64,000 bases of DNA, taken from assembly GCA_017468925.1 (NCBI GenBank), contig JAFUHI010000016.1:15769-79768 (forward strand). The letters are read 5' to 3'. The notes beneath the pieces were generated by a model. It had not been told where the DNA came from and did no database searches. It worked only from the letters and a program-made list of their open reading frames with translations. This DNA is from Bacilli bacterium. GTDB taxonomy: Bacteria; Bacillota_I; Bacilli_A; RFN20; CAG-826. Position numbers and translations under genes: made by a program. Position 1 is the first letter of the stretch. Each line of letters begins with the position of its first letter. Below, in pieces: positions 9,613 to 18,112 of the stretch.

Positions 9613-11013
9613 GTGGAAAATATAATCAAAAGATTTTTCAATAGAAACACCGATATGACTTCTGGAAATCTATTCTGGAAGCTGATTTTATTTGCCTTGC
9701 CTGCGATGTTAACCACCGCAATGCAGCTTTTGTACGTCACAATTGATTTAACTACCGTCCACTATGGAGATTCAGCAGAATCAATGGGGGCCATCGCTTC
9801 TAATTCCGCCTTAATCAATCTCATTGTTACCGTATTCGTTGGAATATCTTTAGGTGCTAATGTCATTCTTTCGGAAGCAAAAGGGGCTGGCAACATTGAA
9901 AAAGCATCTAAAGTGCTCCACACATCTTTAGTGTTCTCATTGTTTGTTGGAATCGCCGTTGGCTTACTTGGCTTTTTCATCTCAGATAACCTTCTTGTTA
10001 TGATGGGAACGGAGGAACATTATCTAGCCAAAGCAACGTTATACCTAAAAATCTATTTTCTAGGTCTGCCTTTTTTGATGGTGTATAACTACTGCGCCCA
10101 ATTGCTCAGAGCCCAAGGAGATTCTAGAACCCCTTTCTTTGCCTTATTCATTTCAGGGCTATTGAACGTAGGGTTTGATTGCTTATTTGTCTTCCCTCTC
10201 CAGATGGGCGTGGCAGGCGTAGGATTCGCCACAATAATCGCTGAGGCAATCTCCGCCTTCATATGCTTTTTGGTGTTACATAGAGGCAAACATAATTATG
10301 TTTCATTCTCCTTTAAAAAGATAAAAACCGAATGGAGTTTTCCTGTTCTATGGGAAGTAATTAGAGTGGGTTTGCCTGCGGGTTTGCAGGGATTTTTCTT
10401 CTCTTTGCCAAATGTTTTCATCCAAGCAAACCTTTACACGATCGACCCAGGAAACGTGAATCTTGAGAATGGGGCGAATGGAGCTTCTAACATCGAAGGA
10501 TACTTCTATGCCGTGGTCGAGGCCATCGCCACTTCCACGATGACTTTTATTGCCGCCAACGTAGGGGCGAAGAAAAAAGAAAACATTCCTAAATGTATTT
10601 TGTATGGAGGAATATGGGGGACTGCTCTATGTGGCATCCTTATCATCATTCTTCTTTTCGCACACAACAATTTACTTTCGCTTTTTGTCGATAATGAAGA
10701 AGCAATTGAAGCTGGATGGAACCGTCTTTCGGTGACTGGGCTATTCTATATATTCGATTTCACGATGATTTTCACTGCCGGCATCTTAAGAGGATTTAAG
10801 AGATCAACATATCCTATGGTTACGACATTAATGTGCTGCACCGTCTTAAGGATTGTGCTTTTATACACCGTTTTCCCACTGGAACAATTCCATACTGTTT
10901 TCTATCTATATGCAGTTATGCCACTCACATGGATAGTCGCGACTTTAAGCAACGTTGTTGCGATATTAATATTTTTGCCAAAAGACATGAAAAGAATAGA
11001 GAAGGCATCCTAA
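9613..11013 (+). CDS. MATE family efflux transporter
   Basis: 466 aa, 12 TM. Typical MATE N-terminus (LFWKLILFALPAMLTTAMQLLY) and duplicated 6-TM halves. Confidence 0.75.
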   Translation: MENIIKRFFNRNTDMTSGNLFWKLILFALPAMLTTAMQLLYVTIDLTTVHYGDSAESMGAIASNSALINLIVTVFVGISLGANVILSEAKGAGNIEKASKVLHTSLVFSLFVGIAVGLLGFFISDNLLVMMGTEEHYLAKATLYLKIYFLGLPFLMVYNYCAQLLRAQGDSRTPFFALFISGLLNVGFDCLFVFPLQMGVAGVGFATIIAEAISAFICFLVLHRGKHNYVSFSFKKIKTEWSFPVLWEVIRVGLPAGLQGFFFSLPNVFIQANLYTIDPGNVNLENGANGASNIEGYFYAVVEAIATSTMTFIAANVGAKKKENIPKCILYGGIWGTALCGILIIILLFAHNNLLSLFVDNEEAIEAGWNRLSVTGLFYIFDFTMIFTAGILRGFKRSTYPMVTTLMCCTVLRIVLLYTVFPLEQFHTVFYLYAVMPLTWIVATLSNVVAILIFLPKDMKRIEKAS

Positions 11014-12269
11014 ACAACTCTTTTCTGGATATCTCTATCCGCTTTAGCTTCGGCTTTATCTAACAATTTATTTGAAAGCATATCGAAAATTTTGGCAATT
11101 GATAAAGAAACCATCACCGGCAAAACAGAGAATTTGAATGTTGAATTGAAAATCAAGGCAAATGATGTCAAGAAATTGCCAGATACAGAGGCAAAAACCG
11201 ATAACATTCCAACAAATCTAATAATCGAAGCATATTCTGCGATCCCGGGCATAATTTCAGCGAACAACGACACAATAAGGTCACTTAAGACAGCCCCCAT
11301 TGCCAAAGCCGGCACAACCACGTCTCCTGACAAAGAAGCTTCGAAGGACAATGAAGTGTTTAATATTCTAAACAATAGAATTCCTAATATCGCAAACCAC
11401 GCGAAATCAAGCAAACCACTTTCAAAAAGAGATGAACCATCCCCAACCAAGAAAGGATAGAATCTCCTCAACACCATGTAGCCAATCGCAATGATGAAAG
11501 TGATTATATCCATATATCTCATCATTGTTTTGGACCTCGCTATCAATTTATAGCCGATGAAAAACATTTTAGCCACGAGAACAGATAAGAAGCCAATTAA
11601 CAAAAGCAAAGGGTAATATCGGAACGGCAGAAACGAATCAAACACCATATATACAGAATGAAAATGATATACATAATGTCGAAACAAAAAGGCTATGAGA
11701 AATGAAAGAGCGATTGTAGGCAAACCAAGCAATATCAATTTGAAGCTCAGGTGCTTTTTGTTTTCTTCAATTAGATGGCATAAGCCCGCGATAGGTGACA
11801 TATAGGCCACGGCGAATCCGGCGGAACCAGCACACTTAACCACATCTTTATCATTGTCTTTAGCGATTCTCGAAGCGATAAGCCCGCAAGAAGAACCCAT
11901 CATGACGCTTGGCACTTCGCTTCCTAACAAGAAACCAGAAAAGAAAGCCATAAGCGAATTGGTAAATACGAAAAATATATGTTTGAAGGGATCCCATTCC
12001 CCTTCTCCTTCATAATATCCTTCGATAAGCAATCTACCATTGTCGTACCATCTTTTCCCATAATGAGCATTCAATAAAAGCAAAAGAATAATCAAAATAG
12101 ACGCCACGACAAGCCCTCTAACAAAATCCAATAAGTCGCCTCTTAATACTTTATTCGAGAAATCAATCACAAGCCCCGCTATAGTCAAATATAAGCAAAT
12201 TAAAATGCCAACAAAAACAGAAACAAGGAGGATTTGCAAAGATTTTTTGGCGATATAAGCGTATTTCAT
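11010..12269 (-). CDS. ClC-type chloride channel family protein
   Basis: 419 aa, polytopic. GSEVPSVMMGSSCG resembles the ClC GxEGP selectivity motif. Confidence 0.5.
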   Translation of the reverse strand: MKYAYIAKKSLQILLVSVFVGILICLYLTIAGLVIDFSNKVLRGDLLDFVRGLVVASILIILLLLLNAHYGKRWYDNGRLLIEGYYEGEGEWDPFKHIFFVFTNSLMAFFSGFLLGSEVPSVMMGSSCGLIASRIAKDNDKDVVKCAGSAGFAVAYMSPIAGLCHLIEENKKHLSFKLILLGLPTIALSFLIAFLFRHYVYHFHSVYMVFDSFLPFRYYPLLLLIGFLSVLVAKMFFIGYKLIARSKTMMRYMDIITFIIAIGYMVLRRFYPFLVGDGSSLFESGLLDFAWFAILGILLFRILNTSLSFEASLSGDVVVPALAMGAVLSDLIVSLFAEIMPGIAEYASIIRFVGMLSVFASVSGNFLTSFALIFNSTFKFSVLPVMVSLSIAKIFDMLSNKLLDKAEAKADRDIQKRVV

Positions 12270-12271
12270 GG

Positions 12272-12814
12272 TTAATTTTCAATAAAAATAACCTCGTTTG
12301 TTTCAATGTCGTATAAAGCCGATTCAATCTTTCCATCAAATTCAGGAAAAAGGCTTTTGATATAATTTGCTTGAAACAATGCGTTAGCCTTCGATGCTTC
12401 GACCTCATCTTCCAAACAATTTATTGCAGCATGAATCTTGTCCAAAACAGGATCTAGAAATCTGCCTTTTTCATTATGCATTGCAGCGTGGACCGCTCCA
12501 CAATGCGTATGACCAAGCACTAAAACATATTTGATATTGAGATGCTCTATCCCATATTCAATCGAAGCAAGCTCGCCTTCATTTACGGAATTGCCAGCGG
12601 TTCTTATTACAAACAATTCACCCAATGAGCAAGAGAATATTTCTTCTGGGATCACTCTAGAATCAGAACAAGTTATAACCAATGCATAAGGCGATTGGTG
12701 GGAGATTAAATCCTTTGCTAATTTGGTTTTTGTCTCATTATTTTTAATGGAAGCAACGTAATTCTTATTGCCTTCAATAAGCCTATCTTTTTCACGCATG
12801 GTTTTATTATACAA
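12272..12814 (-). CDS. Beta-class carbonic anhydrase
   Basis: 180 aa. Zinc-ligand motifs CSDSRV and HTHCGAV are present. Confidence 0.85.
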   Translation of the reverse strand: MYNKTMREKDRLIEGNKNYVASIKNNETKTKLAKDLISHQSPYALVITCSDSRVIPEEIFSCSLGELFVIRTAGNSVNEGELASIEYGIEHLNIKYVLVLGHTHCGAVHAAMHNEKGRFLDPVLDKIHAAINCLEDEVEASKANALFQANYIKSLFPEFDGKIESALYDIETNEVIFIEN

Positions 12815-12843
12815 ATAAAAAAGGATTGAGTTTAACCCAATCC
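12815..12843 (-). terminator. Intrinsic terminator after the GPH transporter gene
   Basis: Minus strand: GGATTG-9 nt loop-CAATCC followed by TTTTTT, 18 nt downstream of the stop at 12861. Confidence 0.55.
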
Positions 12844-12860
12844 TAATATTTTTTTCTTAA

Positions 12861-14321
12861 TTATTCTTCGGAGGCCGGCTCTTTTTCTTTCTCAATCGCA
12901 TCCATGAATTCTTTATCGCTTTCTTTAGCGATTGTCTTCATGATCTTTTTCTCGCGGTATAGCAAGAGAATTGCTGCACCAGCCAAACAGAATCCGACAG
13001 CGACGCAGGCAACCACCAATAAGCCCGTTATTGATGGGGTGATTTCATTGGCTTCTGCATTCTGAGCGACACCGATGATAGCGAGTGAGGTAAACACCAA
13101 CATCGCTAAAGATTGGCCGAATTTCATCGAGAATGTTCTAGCAGCGAAGAACATGCCTTCTCTATTTTCTCCAGTCACAACCGCTTCCGCTTCCGCAACA
13201 TCCGCGACCATTGATTGAGGAATGATTCCTAATAACGCCATCGGGAAGGCGGCGACAATGCAGATTACAAAACCAAATACGTATGAGAGGATGCCGCCTG
13301 GCTCTGCAATAATGCCAGGGATATTGGTCAAGGCTGTAATCGCATAAGCGATAGCCAATCCGACAAAGCCCGCTATAACGAGTTTCTTTTTGCCGAACTT
13401 CTTAACGAATTTGGTGACAAAAGGATAGCAAACCGCAGATAAAACAGTCATTGTTCCCATCAAGACCATTACCCATAATTCGTCCAATCCCATCGAGACT
13501 TTGACGAAGAAAGGAAGACCAGTTTGGAACAAAGTTAAACCAACCCAGTACATGATATCCGAACCAACAAAGGTGCGGAAATCTTTGTTCTTGAATGTCG
13601 CAGTAAGCGATTTGAGCATATTTGATTCGCTTGGTTTTGAATCGACGAATTCTTTCTCTTTCAATAAGAATGTCGGCAATAACATGGCGACAAGCGCGAC
13701 AACCGCCAAAACAATGAAGCAAACACGATAGCTCCAGGCGAAACCAACCGCATCTTTTAATAACCCGGCGAAAAGGAATGGGGTGTAGGCAAGAAGAGTA
13801 CCGGCAAAATAAGTAAGGGAGATGAATGTGGAAATATTCATTCTGTCTTCCTGTGTTTTTCCAAATTCAGAAATCAACGCGTTGTATGGGGTGCAATACA
13901 TCGTCATGAATAAATAGAACAAAACGATGAATATCGAGATCCAAGCAACATTGATGCCGCTTGTTTCCTCAATTGGGGCGCAGAATAGCAAAACAGTGAT
14001 AACTGCAAATGGAACGGCGCTCCACTGCATGAATGGAATTCTTCTTCCACGCTTTGATTTGCATCTGTCGCTCAAAGAAGCGATTAGAGGATCAGTTACA
14101 GCGTCAAATATCCTTGATAGAGCTGTGATAAGACCCAAGATGGTCAAGAAACCACCGATGATAAGGCCTGGGGCGATATATTGGATGGCACCACCATCAA
14201 TATCAGTCTTGGTTGGCAAATAAAAAGTCACAAGCCAAGTATTGATGATTCCACCTAATATTGACCAACCCAATTGGCCAACAGCAAATATCCACATTTG
14301 CTTTTTGGTTAATCTTTTCAT
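12861..14321 (-). CDS. Glycoside-pentoside-hexuronide (GPH):cation symporter family MFS transporter
   Basis: 486 aa. The GPH hallmark DAVTDPLIASLSDRCKSKRGRRIPF follows TM2; 12 TM. Confidence 0.75.
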   Translation of the reverse strand: MKRLTKKQMWIFAVGQLGWSILGGIINTWLVTFYLPTKTDIDGGAIQYIAPGLIIGGFLTILGLITALSRIFDAVTDPLIASLSDRCKSKRGRRIPFMQWSAVPFAVITVLLFCAPIEETSGINVAWISIFIVLFYLFMTMYCTPYNALISEFGKTQEDRMNISTFISLTYFAGTLLAYTPFLFAGLLKDAVGFAWSYRVCFIVLAVVALVAMLLPTFLLKEKEFVDSKPSESNMLKSLTATFKNKDFRTFVGSDIMYWVGLTLFQTGLPFFVKVSMGLDELWVMVLMGTMTVLSAVCYPFVTKFVKKFGKKKLVIAGFVGLAIAYAITALTNIPGIIAEPGGILSYVFGFVICIVAAFPMALLGIIPQSMVADVAEAEAVVTGENREGMFFAARTFSMKFGQSLAMLVFTSLAIIGVAQNAEANEITPSITGLLVVACVAVGFCLAGAAILLLYREKKIMKTIAKESDKEFMDAIEKEKEPASEE

Positions 14322-14465
14322 ACTTTTTCCTTTCTTGAATAACCAGCGAAATCAACTATAGACAACAAAAAAGTCTAAGTATTTATCCACCGGCAATTAT
14401 TGTAAGGGGTTTCATACCATTAATCAACAAGAATGATTTTCTATAGAAAAATCAAAATTTAATGC

Positions 14466-15140
14466 CTAATTTGCACTGTTTTTCCAGACGAATGTGCAGT
14501 TCAAATCGTTTTCGCCATTATCTATAAGCACGTCTTGCCCGGACATTGATTTGTTTTCAATCAAGAGGAAATAAACCCATTTGCAGACTTCTTCCAAATC
14601 CATCCATTTCTTTAATGGCGTGACTTTCATTATCTGTTTCCAACATTCTTCATCTTCCATCACTAGAGAATTGCTGTCAGTCAAAACACCACCCAAAGAT
14701 ATGGAATTGACTGTGACTCCATTCTTCGCCAGGCGAGAGGCTACGTTTTTCATATATCCGACCACCCCTGCTTTGCTGGCCGCATATTTCGGGAATTCGA
14801 ATCCACTTCTTGCTGAGGCAGAAGCATTGAATAAAATCGACTTAATTCCATCATTGAATCCGTATTTCTCTATTATATTTATCGTGCCTTTGAGGTTTGT
14901 GTCTATATCGTCAACGCCATTTTGAGTGCCTGCGTTTGAGAAAATATAATCAAGATTAGTGAGATTAGGCAATGACTTTTCATCAGTGACATCGCAAATG
15001 AAATGAGAATATTTAGCATCATTTATCTTTGATGGCTCTTTGTCTATTCCGATCACTTCGAATCCCAAAGACAAAAAATGCTTAGATACGGCCAAACCTA
15101 TTCCGTTACTGCTTCCCGTTATGAGTATTTTCATAATCAT
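14466..15140 (-). CDS. Short-chain dehydrogenase/reductase (SDR)
   Basis: 224 aa. TGSSNGIG dinucleotide motif and catalytic YAASKAG (YxxxK). Confidence 0.8.
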   Translation of the reverse strand: MIMKILITGSSNGIGLAVSKHFLSLGFEVIGIDKEPSKINDAKYSHFICDVTDEKSLPNLTNLDYIFSNAGTQNGVDDIDTNLKGTINIIEKYGFNDGIKSILFNASASARSGFEFPKYAASKAGVVGYMKNVASRLAKNGVTVNSISLGGVLTDSNSLVMEDEECWKQIMKVTPLKKWMDLEEVCKWVYFLLIENKSMSGQDVLIDNGENDLNCTFVWKNSAN

Positions 15141-15885
15141 TCCCCTCTATATAATCGAAATAGGCTCTTCCGATATCATTCTTTTTCCAGTTTTTGCAGA
15201 CGAAATATCCAATCGGGGAGAATACGACCTCCATCACCAACTCTAAAGCGGCGCCGATAAGAGAGCAAGTCACACACTGGATGAATGTCCAATGGAATCC
15301 ATCCCAGAATATCGGGGCGAATAACATAAAGGTCAAAACCGCGAAAATCAAATTATCAAAGAATTGGCCAATGAAAGTAGAAACATAACTTCTGACTACA
15401 TAGGCCAATCTTCCATCGGGATTCTTTTTGAACAATTTCCCGATGAGGTAATTCAAAAAATTATTTAATATGGCCGAGGCAAGGAAGGCAATCGATGAAG
15501 AAAGGAGGATAAACCATGTTCCCCCGAATATTTCATTGAATTTTGAATAATCATCCGCTTGGCTGGGGATAATGCTCACGATATAGAATATGCCACAGGC
15601 GAGAAGATTAACCAGCATTGCGAATATGGATAATTTTGTCGCGGCTTTCGGGCCAAAATGCTTGGTCACGATGTCCATGCATAGAAATGAGAGCCACGAG
15701 ACGAGAAATCCCCCATCGAGGGCGAGATATTCGGTTTGGACCAAAGTCTTATTGGCGAGAAGATTCATCGTGATGACCGATAATACAAAAAGAGCCACCG
15801 TTACGGATGGAATCGTTCTAAGCAATAAAATGGTTTCCTTTAGTCCTCTAGCCAACCGACTTGGCTTGGGATTGGTTTTAGACAT
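15106..15885 (-). CDS. yhhQ: VUT/YhhQ family queuosine-precursor transporter
   Basis: 259 aa, polytopic. DGGFLVSWLSFLCMDIVTKHFGPKAA and the overall pattern are typical of DUF165/YhhQ. Confidence 0.65.
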   Translation of the reverse strand: MSKTNPKPSRLARGLKETILLLRTIPSVTVALFVLSVITMNLLANKTLVQTEYLALDGGFLVSWLSFLCMDIVTKHFGPKAATKLSIFAMLVNLLACGIFYIVSIIPSQADDYSKFNEIFGGTWFILLSSSIAFLASAILNNFLNYLIGKLFKKNPDGRLAYVVRSYVSTFIGQFFDNLIFAVLTFMLFAPIFWDGFHWTFIQCVTCSLIGAALELVMEVVFSPIGYFVCKNWKKNDIGRAYFDYIEGNDYENTHNGKQ

Positions 15886-15895
15886 AAAATTTTTT

Positions 15896-15944
15896 CTCCT
15901 TGGTTTTATTTTATATAGCGAAGGATTTAGAGGCCGAACTCCGC
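15896..15944 (-). promoter_or_regulatory. Candidate preQ1-I-like riboswitch overlapping the yhhQ Shine-Dalgarno
   Basis: The minus strand reads GCGGAG-UUCGGCCUCUAAAUC-CUUCGC-UAUAUAAAAUAAAACCAAGGAG. That is a 6-bp P1 stem, UUC immediately 3' of P1, and an A-rich tail ending in the SD. Loop CCU can pair with tail AGG. Confidence 0.35.
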
Positions 15945-16012
15945 AATGAGTATCTTATCACTAAACGAAAATAAGGCAATAACATTATTTTTAAGCGAGT
16001 TTTGCGAGGATT

Positions 16013-18061
16013 TTATTGCTTTTTAAAGGTAAATGAAGCGTATTTTTTGAATTTGCCTTTGTATATTCCGTTTTTGGTCTTGCAAGGTTTTTTGGTTAAT
16101 AAATCCATTCCACACATATCAGAATTTAGCTTCAAAACGAATTTCCTTTCATTTATCTCATCGGCAAAATTCAAATCAAATAGATTTATCTGTATTTCAT
16201 TATCATCCTCGAAGACAATCATCTCTACATATTTGGACGCTTTCAATTCAAAACGAGGTGATACGTTGGATAATATGATGTTTCTAAATATATTTTTGAA
16301 TCCATCTCTTCTATCGTTCTCTATTAATGTGGATGAATAAATTACTTTGCCTTTGCCATAGCTTTCTTCGACTATCGCAGGCCCAGCCTTTTTATGGCTT
16401 GGAGGGTTGGAATGGATTGAAGCGAATTCATGATTATTATCCGGATCGGTGTAAGGAAGGATTATAGAGGCTTTTTCCTCTCCTTTCTTATAAGAGAATA
16501 ATGGAAGCTTGTAAGTTACCGGCAATGGGTTTCTATGGCCAAAGCCATCGAATATCTTTTTATATCCTTTTTCTATTGGTTCGACATAGCATTGGACCTC
16601 ATCATATCCTTTATAGATATGGCGGTACTCACTGTTGCCAAAAGTCTCTCCAACTACCTCCCCATCAAAGAATTCTTTTAATAGCCTTGGTGATGAATCA
16701 CTTGATAGATATAAAGTCCCACCTTCTTTTACATATTCGATGAATTTATCTATTGATGCATCATCGCAATCTAACTTCGATGGGGCGATTATCATTTTGA
16801 ATTCGTTTAGGTTATCCAAACTGCCATTCGCTTTAACCCTGAATGGGATATGGTTTTCTATCAAAGTCCTGCTGGCGTTGATCGCGCATGCTTTATTATC
16901 TGCCCTAGAATGATATTTGTATTGCGAGGAGGAATCGAAAAACACCGCCACATCTCCATACATCTTGCCAACATTCATATATGGCTCGAATCTCTTTTCA
17001 TATTCAAAGGCTTTACCAATTCTTTTCGCCGCATTTTTATCAAGTGTGCCATCGGGGTTTATGGCGTCTATCACCAAAGACGCTCCATGATGGAATGAAG
17101 AAAGCATTATCTCGCTTTCTAAGGTCAAAAGACTTTTGCTAATCGTATGTTCCCTTAAGTTTCTATCACAACGGCAAACCATATACTCGAAAGGCTGGTT
17201 TTTGCTTATCTCGTAATAATATTTGGCGGTAAACGAATGATTATACAAATCGCCATATAAATCGCCTCCGGTGAATTCCGAAGAGGCATTTATCCCTTCG
17301 GTGGATCCTGCTTTCCAATCGCAGCCTATCACCGCAGCGAAATTAAACTCAACTGTGATATCAGGCCTTATTTTATTAGTCTCTTTTTTAATGAATTCAG
17401 CGAATTCCACCATATCGCGTTGCCTTGAAGCGGCATATTTCTTCCATTCATCGTTATCCCAGTCAACTACTTTAGGCATTTCTTCTTCGCTTATTTTCTT
17501 CCACTTCTTCTGGCAAGATGGGCAGTGACAAGTCACCTCCCAATATGGCATATCATAGAAAATCGCATCAATATCCCTATAAAACTCAAGCATTTCTTTG
17601 ATTTGCCTTATCAAGAATAATCTATATTCCTCGTTGTTTGGGCAGCATAATCCATACCTTTGGCCATTCTCTCTCCAGGTCTTCCCGTTTTCATCTACCA
17701 TCTCCCATTCAGGATGGGCGTAGACTGCTTCATTGTTGAAGATGAGAGAATAATATCCCACCACTTTCATGTCTGAATCTTTGCATAAGGAGATGAGTTT
17801 CTTTATTTCATCTGGGTTGCTTTTGAAGAATTCATGCGTCTTCCCTTCTTTGGTGGGGAAATTGCATAAGCCAGTGTGCGATTGCAGATATATCATCGGC
17901 GAGACAATATTTGCGTCCACTAAATATTTAAAATACGCTTCGGCGGAGAATTTCGAAAGATATTCTTTTTTATCATCGTTGATATGCATATCCACCAATG
18001 AGCGGCGGTAGATATTCTTATACCATTTATCCATAGAAATATTATGCTTCTTTTTTCGCAT
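16013..18061 (-). CDS. Glycoside-hydrolase-like protein (GHL6-type TIM barrel plus GH42-type trimerisation-like domain)
   Basis: 682 aa, no signal peptide. WYKNIYRRSLVDMHIND.., HPEWEMVDENG.., YGLCCPNNEEYRLFL.. and DAIFYDMPYW resemble the 'hypothetical glycosyl hydrolase 6' pattern. Confidence 0.45.
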   Translation of the reverse strand: MRKKKHNISMDKWYKNIYRRSLVDMHINDDKKEYLSKFSAEAYFKYLVDANIVSPMIYLQSHTGLCNFPTKEGKTHEFFKSNPDEIKKLISLCKDSDMKVVGYYSLIFNNEAVYAHPEWEMVDENGKTWRENGQRYGLCCPNNEEYRLFLIRQIKEMLEFYRDIDAIFYDMPYWEVTCHCPSCQKKWKKISEEEMPKVVDWDNDEWKKYAASRQRDMVEFAEFIKKETNKIRPDITVEFNFAAVIGCDWKAGSTEGINASSEFTGGDLYGDLYNHSFTAKYYYEISKNQPFEYMVCRCDRNLREHTISKSLLTLESEIMLSSFHHGASLVIDAINPDGTLDKNAAKRIGKAFEYEKRFEPYMNVGKMYGDVAVFFDSSSQYKYHSRADNKACAINASRTLIENHIPFRVKANGSLDNLNEFKMIIAPSKLDCDDASIDKFIEYVKEGGTLYLSSDSSPRLLKEFFDGEVVGETFGNSEYRHIYKGYDEVQCYVEPIEKGYKKIFDGFGHRNPLPVTYKLPLFSYKKGEEKASIILPYTDPDNNHEFASIHSNPPSHKKAGPAIVEESYGKGKVIYSSTLIENDRRDGFKNIFRNIILSNVSPRFELKASKYVEMIVFEDDNEIQINLFDLNFADEINERKFVLKLNSDMCGMDLLTKKPCKTKNGIYKGKFKKYASFTFKKQ

Positions 18062-18063
18062 AT

Positions 18064-18091
18064 AAAAAAGGCTGGAACTTTCATTCCAACC
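18064..18091 (-). terminator. Probable intrinsic terminator after the 817-aa surface protein gene
   Basis: Minus strand: GGTTGGAA-tgaaag-TTCCAGCC (7 of 8 bp paired) followed by TTTTTT. Confidence 0.45.
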
Positions 18092-18112
18092 TTTATCTAT
18101 AATCTTTGATTA

